A stretch of 20,532 nucleotides of DNA from a bacterium (GTDB lineage: Bacteria > JAMCPX01): positions 1-20,532 of the forward strand of contig JBBIVV010000033.1 of assembly GCA_037439545.1 (NCBI GenBank), given 5' to 3'. The notes below the pieces were generated by a model. The model was given only the letters and a program-made list of their open reading frames with translations, was not told the origin of the DNA and did not search any database. This document shows positions 17,929 through 20,532 of this stretch, one piece after another (position 1 is the first letter of the stretch; each line of letters begins with the position of its first letter). The position numbers and the translations under genes are program-made.

Positions 17929-17970
17929 ATGACGAATAAAAAAACAATAAAAAAGGAAGATTCAAAATGA
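17929..17970 (+). other. SD-led 13-aa mini-ORF overlapping the thiolase start (ATGA)
   Basis: AGAGGAG then MTNKKTIKKEDSK*; TGA at 17968-17970 overlaps ATG 17967. Confidence 0.35.
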
Positions 17971-19148
17971 GCAAAGGAAGAATCGCAATCATTGGCATCG
18001 GTGAGGTGCCAACAGCTAACCGCCCGGAACGCACGCAATGGGACATTATTTATGATACCTGCATGGAAGCGGTGAGAGACTCAGGTTTGAGTAAGAACGA
18101 CATCGAAGGAGTTATCAGTGTGACTCCGCAGGCCCAGCCCAAGATCGCAGCCGAGCTGTCATTCGGCAAGTTGCCCGAAGAGTTAGGCCTAAAGGGTTGC
18201 AAGGATACGGTCAGTGTCAATGCCGGCGGTGCATCAACATCGAACAGCCTAAGACTGGCTGAACAATGGATTAATAGCGGCGTGGCCAAGACTGTTCTGG
18301 TTCAGCATGTTACCGTCCATTCAACCGTTCCCATTCCCGACTTAATCAATTTTTTTGCCAAGGCGGGCGTGGACCTACAGTGGGAATACCCGTATGGCAC
18401 AACCTACAACATCATCATGGGTCTAATTGCCAATCGCTATATGTATGAGTCGGGCTGCACACCCGAGCAGATGGCCTCGGTGGTTACTGCTTTGCGAAGC
18501 TGGGCTGCCAAGGACCCGAACTCATTCTTTTACGGCAAGGACGTACCCTCGGTGGAGAAGGTGCTTGCCTCCGCCCTGCTCAACACTCCCCTTCACAAGC
18601 GCGAAAGCAACGTTTTGGGCGATGGAGGCTGTGCCATGGTCGTTGTTTCAGCAGAAGATGCGAAAAAGATGAAAAGACCTGCAGCATATAAATTGGGAGA
18701 TTCCGTACGCTACTTCAGTGGGACCTGCGTCATGCGTGATTTCAAAAAAGTGGAAGAAGGCTTTCGCATAACGGCTAAGGAGGCCATGTCCCAGGCAGGT
18801 ATAACTAAGAATGACATCAGCCTCTGGAACTGCTATCTCGCTTATCCCCTCGCCCATCCGGTGGTAGCTGAATGGCTTGAAGTGGCACCTCCGGGTCAGG
18901 GCGGTAAGTATTTCCTGGAGGGCCGAATGTCTTTCGGCGGGGACATACCCTGGTCCACTATTGGTGATGCACCAGGACGAGGTCACACAGGATCTGGTGT
19001 AAGCGCAGCATGTTATGTGGAGACTGTTCGTCAGCTTATGGGCAAGGCGGGAGAGCGCCAGGTAAAGAACTGTAAATATGTCTACCAGAATGCGGGTGGC
19101 GGATCAGGTTTCAATAATATTGCCACCATCTGGGGAAAGGAGATTTAA
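17967..19148 (+). CDS. Thiolase-fold protein lacking catalytic Cys (Ltp2-like aldolase candidate)
   Basis: IAIIGIGE, WEYPYG, DGGCAMVV, RQLMGKAGERQV; NAGGAS at the CAS position. Confidence 0.85.
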   Translation: MSKGRIAIIGIGEVPTANRPERTQWDIIYDTCMEAVRDSGLSKNDIEGVISVTPQAQPKIAAELSFGKLPEELGLKGCKDTVSVNAGGASTSNSLRLAEQWINSGVAKTVLVQHVTVHSTVPIPDLINFFAKAGVDLQWEYPYGTTYNIIMGLIANRYMYESGCTPEQMASVVTALRSWAAKDPNSFFYGKDVPSVEKVLASALLNTPLHKRESNVLGDGGCAMVVVSAEDAKKMKRPAAYKLGDSVRYFSGTCVMRDFKKVEEGFRITAKEAMSQAGITKNDISLWNCYLAYPLAHPVVAEWLEVAPPGQGGKYFLEGRMSFGGDIPWSTIGDAPGRGHTGSGVSAACYVETVRQLMGKAGERQVKNCKYVYQNAGGGSGFNNIATIWGKEI

Positions 19149-19150
19149 AA

Positions 19151-19564
19151 ATGGATCTTGAAATGGGAAAACCCGTTCCTGAAACGCAGCCATGGTCTGA
19201 GAAATTTTGGGCAGGGACCAAGCAAGGCAAACTTCTTATTCAGGTTTGCAAAGATTGTAAATCAAAAATATTTTATCCGCGTAGATTCTGTCCCGAGTGC
19301 TGGTCCGGTAATCTGGACTGGATAGAAGCAAGCGGCAAGGCCACGGTTTTAACATTCTCAACGGCCTACGACATGGTGGAGCCCAAGTTTGCGGATGAAC
19401 TGCCCTATACGATAGCCTATGTCGCTCTGAAGGAGGGCATCCGCATGATGACCCGGATCGTGGAGTGCAAACCGGAGGACATCAAGTTCGACATGGAGGT
19501 TGAGGTAGTATTCCACGAGCGTGAAGGCTTCTTCCTGCCGTATTTCCGTCCGGTCAAGAGGTAA
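19151..19564 (+). CDS. DUF35 Zn-ribbon/OB-fold protein
   Basis: KPVP..FW..GKLLIQVCKDC..FYPRRFCPEC, PYTIAYV.L.EGIRMMTRIV, LPYFRP. Confidence 0.92.
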   Translation: MDLEMGKPVPETQPWSEKFWAGTKQGKLLIQVCKDCKSKIFYPRRFCPECWSGNLDWIEASGKATVLTFSTAYDMVEPKFADELPYTIAYVALKEGIRMMTRIVECKPEDIKFDMEVEVVFHEREGFFLPYFRPVKR

Positions 19565-19575
19565 GGAGGTCTGTC

Positions 19576-20403
19576 ATGAACGAATATACGACCATCATTT
19601 ATGAGATCAAAGAACCAATCTGTACCATAACGCTCAACCGCCCGGACAAGTACAACGCCATCAACCGCGAGATGGCTGCCGAGCTTTTGGACGCCTTCCA
19701 TAAGGTAAGAGATGAGACTGGTGTTGCTGTAGTCGTCTTAACCGGTAACGGCAAGGCCTTCTGCACGGGTGGTGATTTGAGTATTTTCCCATCCCTGGCC
19801 GAACATATGGAATCAATGAACTGGCTCGCGCATCAGGGCTATGGAATCGGCAAGGCTATTGAACTCTGCGAAAAGGTGGTCATCGCCAGGGTGACAGGCC
19901 ATTGCCTGGCCGGCGGACTTGAACTCGCGTTGATGTGCGATTTGATCTACGCCAAGGAGACAGCCAAGTTCGGTACCACCGAGATCAACATGGGTATCCT
20001 GCCCGGCTGGGGCGGTACGGTGCGCATTGCCCGTGCCATGCCCATCTATCGTGCGCGTGAGATTATCTACAGCGGACGTAAAGATTTTCTGGCGAAAGAT
20101 ATGTATGAAATGGGGTTTCTGACCGGCGTGTTCAAGGACGATGAGTTTGAAGCAAAGTTCAGTAAAGTTGTCACTAACATCAGTTCGAAAAAACCAATTG
20201 CTCTAAGGATGGGAAAAGAGGTCATGGGACGCTCGCTGGAATGCGGCAGTCTGGATGCAGCATTGGCACTGGAACGCAATGCCATCCAGTGGCTGATCTA
20301 TTCTCCTGACATCCAGGCGATGATGGGCGCATTACGCGAAAACCCCGAGGTCCTGGTGGCCGCTCAGAAGCAGACCAATGCCGCCTCGGACAAGAAAGAG
20401 TAA
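19576..20403 (+). CDS. Enoyl-CoA hydratase/isomerase (crotonase family)
   Basis: ITLNRPDKYNA, AFCTGGDL, AGGLELALMCD, FGTTEINMGILPGWGG (both catalytic Glu present). Confidence 0.92.
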   Translation: MNEYTTIIYEIKEPICTITLNRPDKYNAINREMAAELLDAFHKVRDETGVAVVVLTGNGKAFCTGGDLSIFPSLAEHMESMNWLAHQGYGIGKAIELCEKVVIARVTGHCLAGGLELALMCDLIYAKETAKFGTTEINMGILPGWGGTVRIARAMPIYRAREIIYSGRKDFLAKDMYEMGFLTGVFKDDEFEAKFSKVVTNISSKKPIALRMGKEVMGRSLECGSLDAALALERNAIQWLIYSPDIQAMMGALRENPEVLVAAQKQTNAASDKKE

Positions 20404-20415
20404 GGAGACCAGGCG

Positions 20416-20487
20416 ATGGTGGGGAGATTGTTGCCGGAGCGTATCCGTTACATGGTCGAACAGGGCATTGTAAACAATATGCCTTAA
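20416..20487 (+). other. SD-led 23-aa mini-ORF (possible deletion scar)
   Basis: AAGGAG then MVGRLLPERIRYMVEQGIVNNMP*. Confidence 0.35.
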
Positions 20488-20511
20488 GCAAACAAAAATA
20501 GGAGGAATACT

Positions 20512-20532
20512 ATGGATTTCGGGTTTACGGAG
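20512..20532 (+). CDS. 5' end of a probable acyl-CoA dehydrogenase (runs off the window)
   Basis: AGGAGG SD then MDFGFTE, the typical ACAD N-terminus (MDFxFTEEQ); fits operon context. Only 7 codons visible. Confidence 0.55.

Noticed and set aside
329..20491. Numerous 60-157 aa antisense or alternate-frame ORFs
   Set aside because: Nearly all are shadows of well-supported genes, and none shows a motif.
1..20532. CRISPR array, transposase/integrase, tRNA/rRNA, Sec/Pyl read-through
   Set aside because: No spaced repeats, recombinase motifs or RNA-gene signatures seen; the stop codons checked give no in-frame continuation of homology.

Overview
Gene-dense bacterial window of moderate GC, probably from a deltaproteobacterial-type (Desulfobacterota/Myxococcota-like) organism; the taxonomy is an inference from gene content only. 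The left arm has galU plus a secreted LolA-like hypothetical, and a convergent haloalkane dehalogenase. A tightly packed ~9 kb + strand run follows (lysophospholipase, acyl-CoA ligase, Cys-less thiolase-fold protein, DUF35, DUF2889, argJ, lytic transglycosylase, TPR-acidic linker-AIM24 protein, pgsA, dodecin), closed by an intrinsic terminator. Next come a methyltransferase, D-aminoacylase, alpha/beta hydrolase and a convergent SDR. The right arm (from ~16.4 kb) has different codon usage. It carries a MerR-HTH/TetR double DNA-binding-domain regulator divergent from a CoA-catabolic operon (OYE remnant, second Cys-less thiolase-fold protein, DUF35, enoyl-CoA hydratase, start of a probable acyl-CoA dehydrogenase). 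The most notable signals are: (1) both a MerR-type dyad and a FadR/TetR-type dyad in the regulator's intergenic region; (2) two divergent Cys-less thiolase/DUF35 pairs, probably retro-aldolases; (3) a recurrent set of SD-led mini-ORFs that look like gene-deletion scars. No tRNA, rRNA, CRISPR array or transposase was found.
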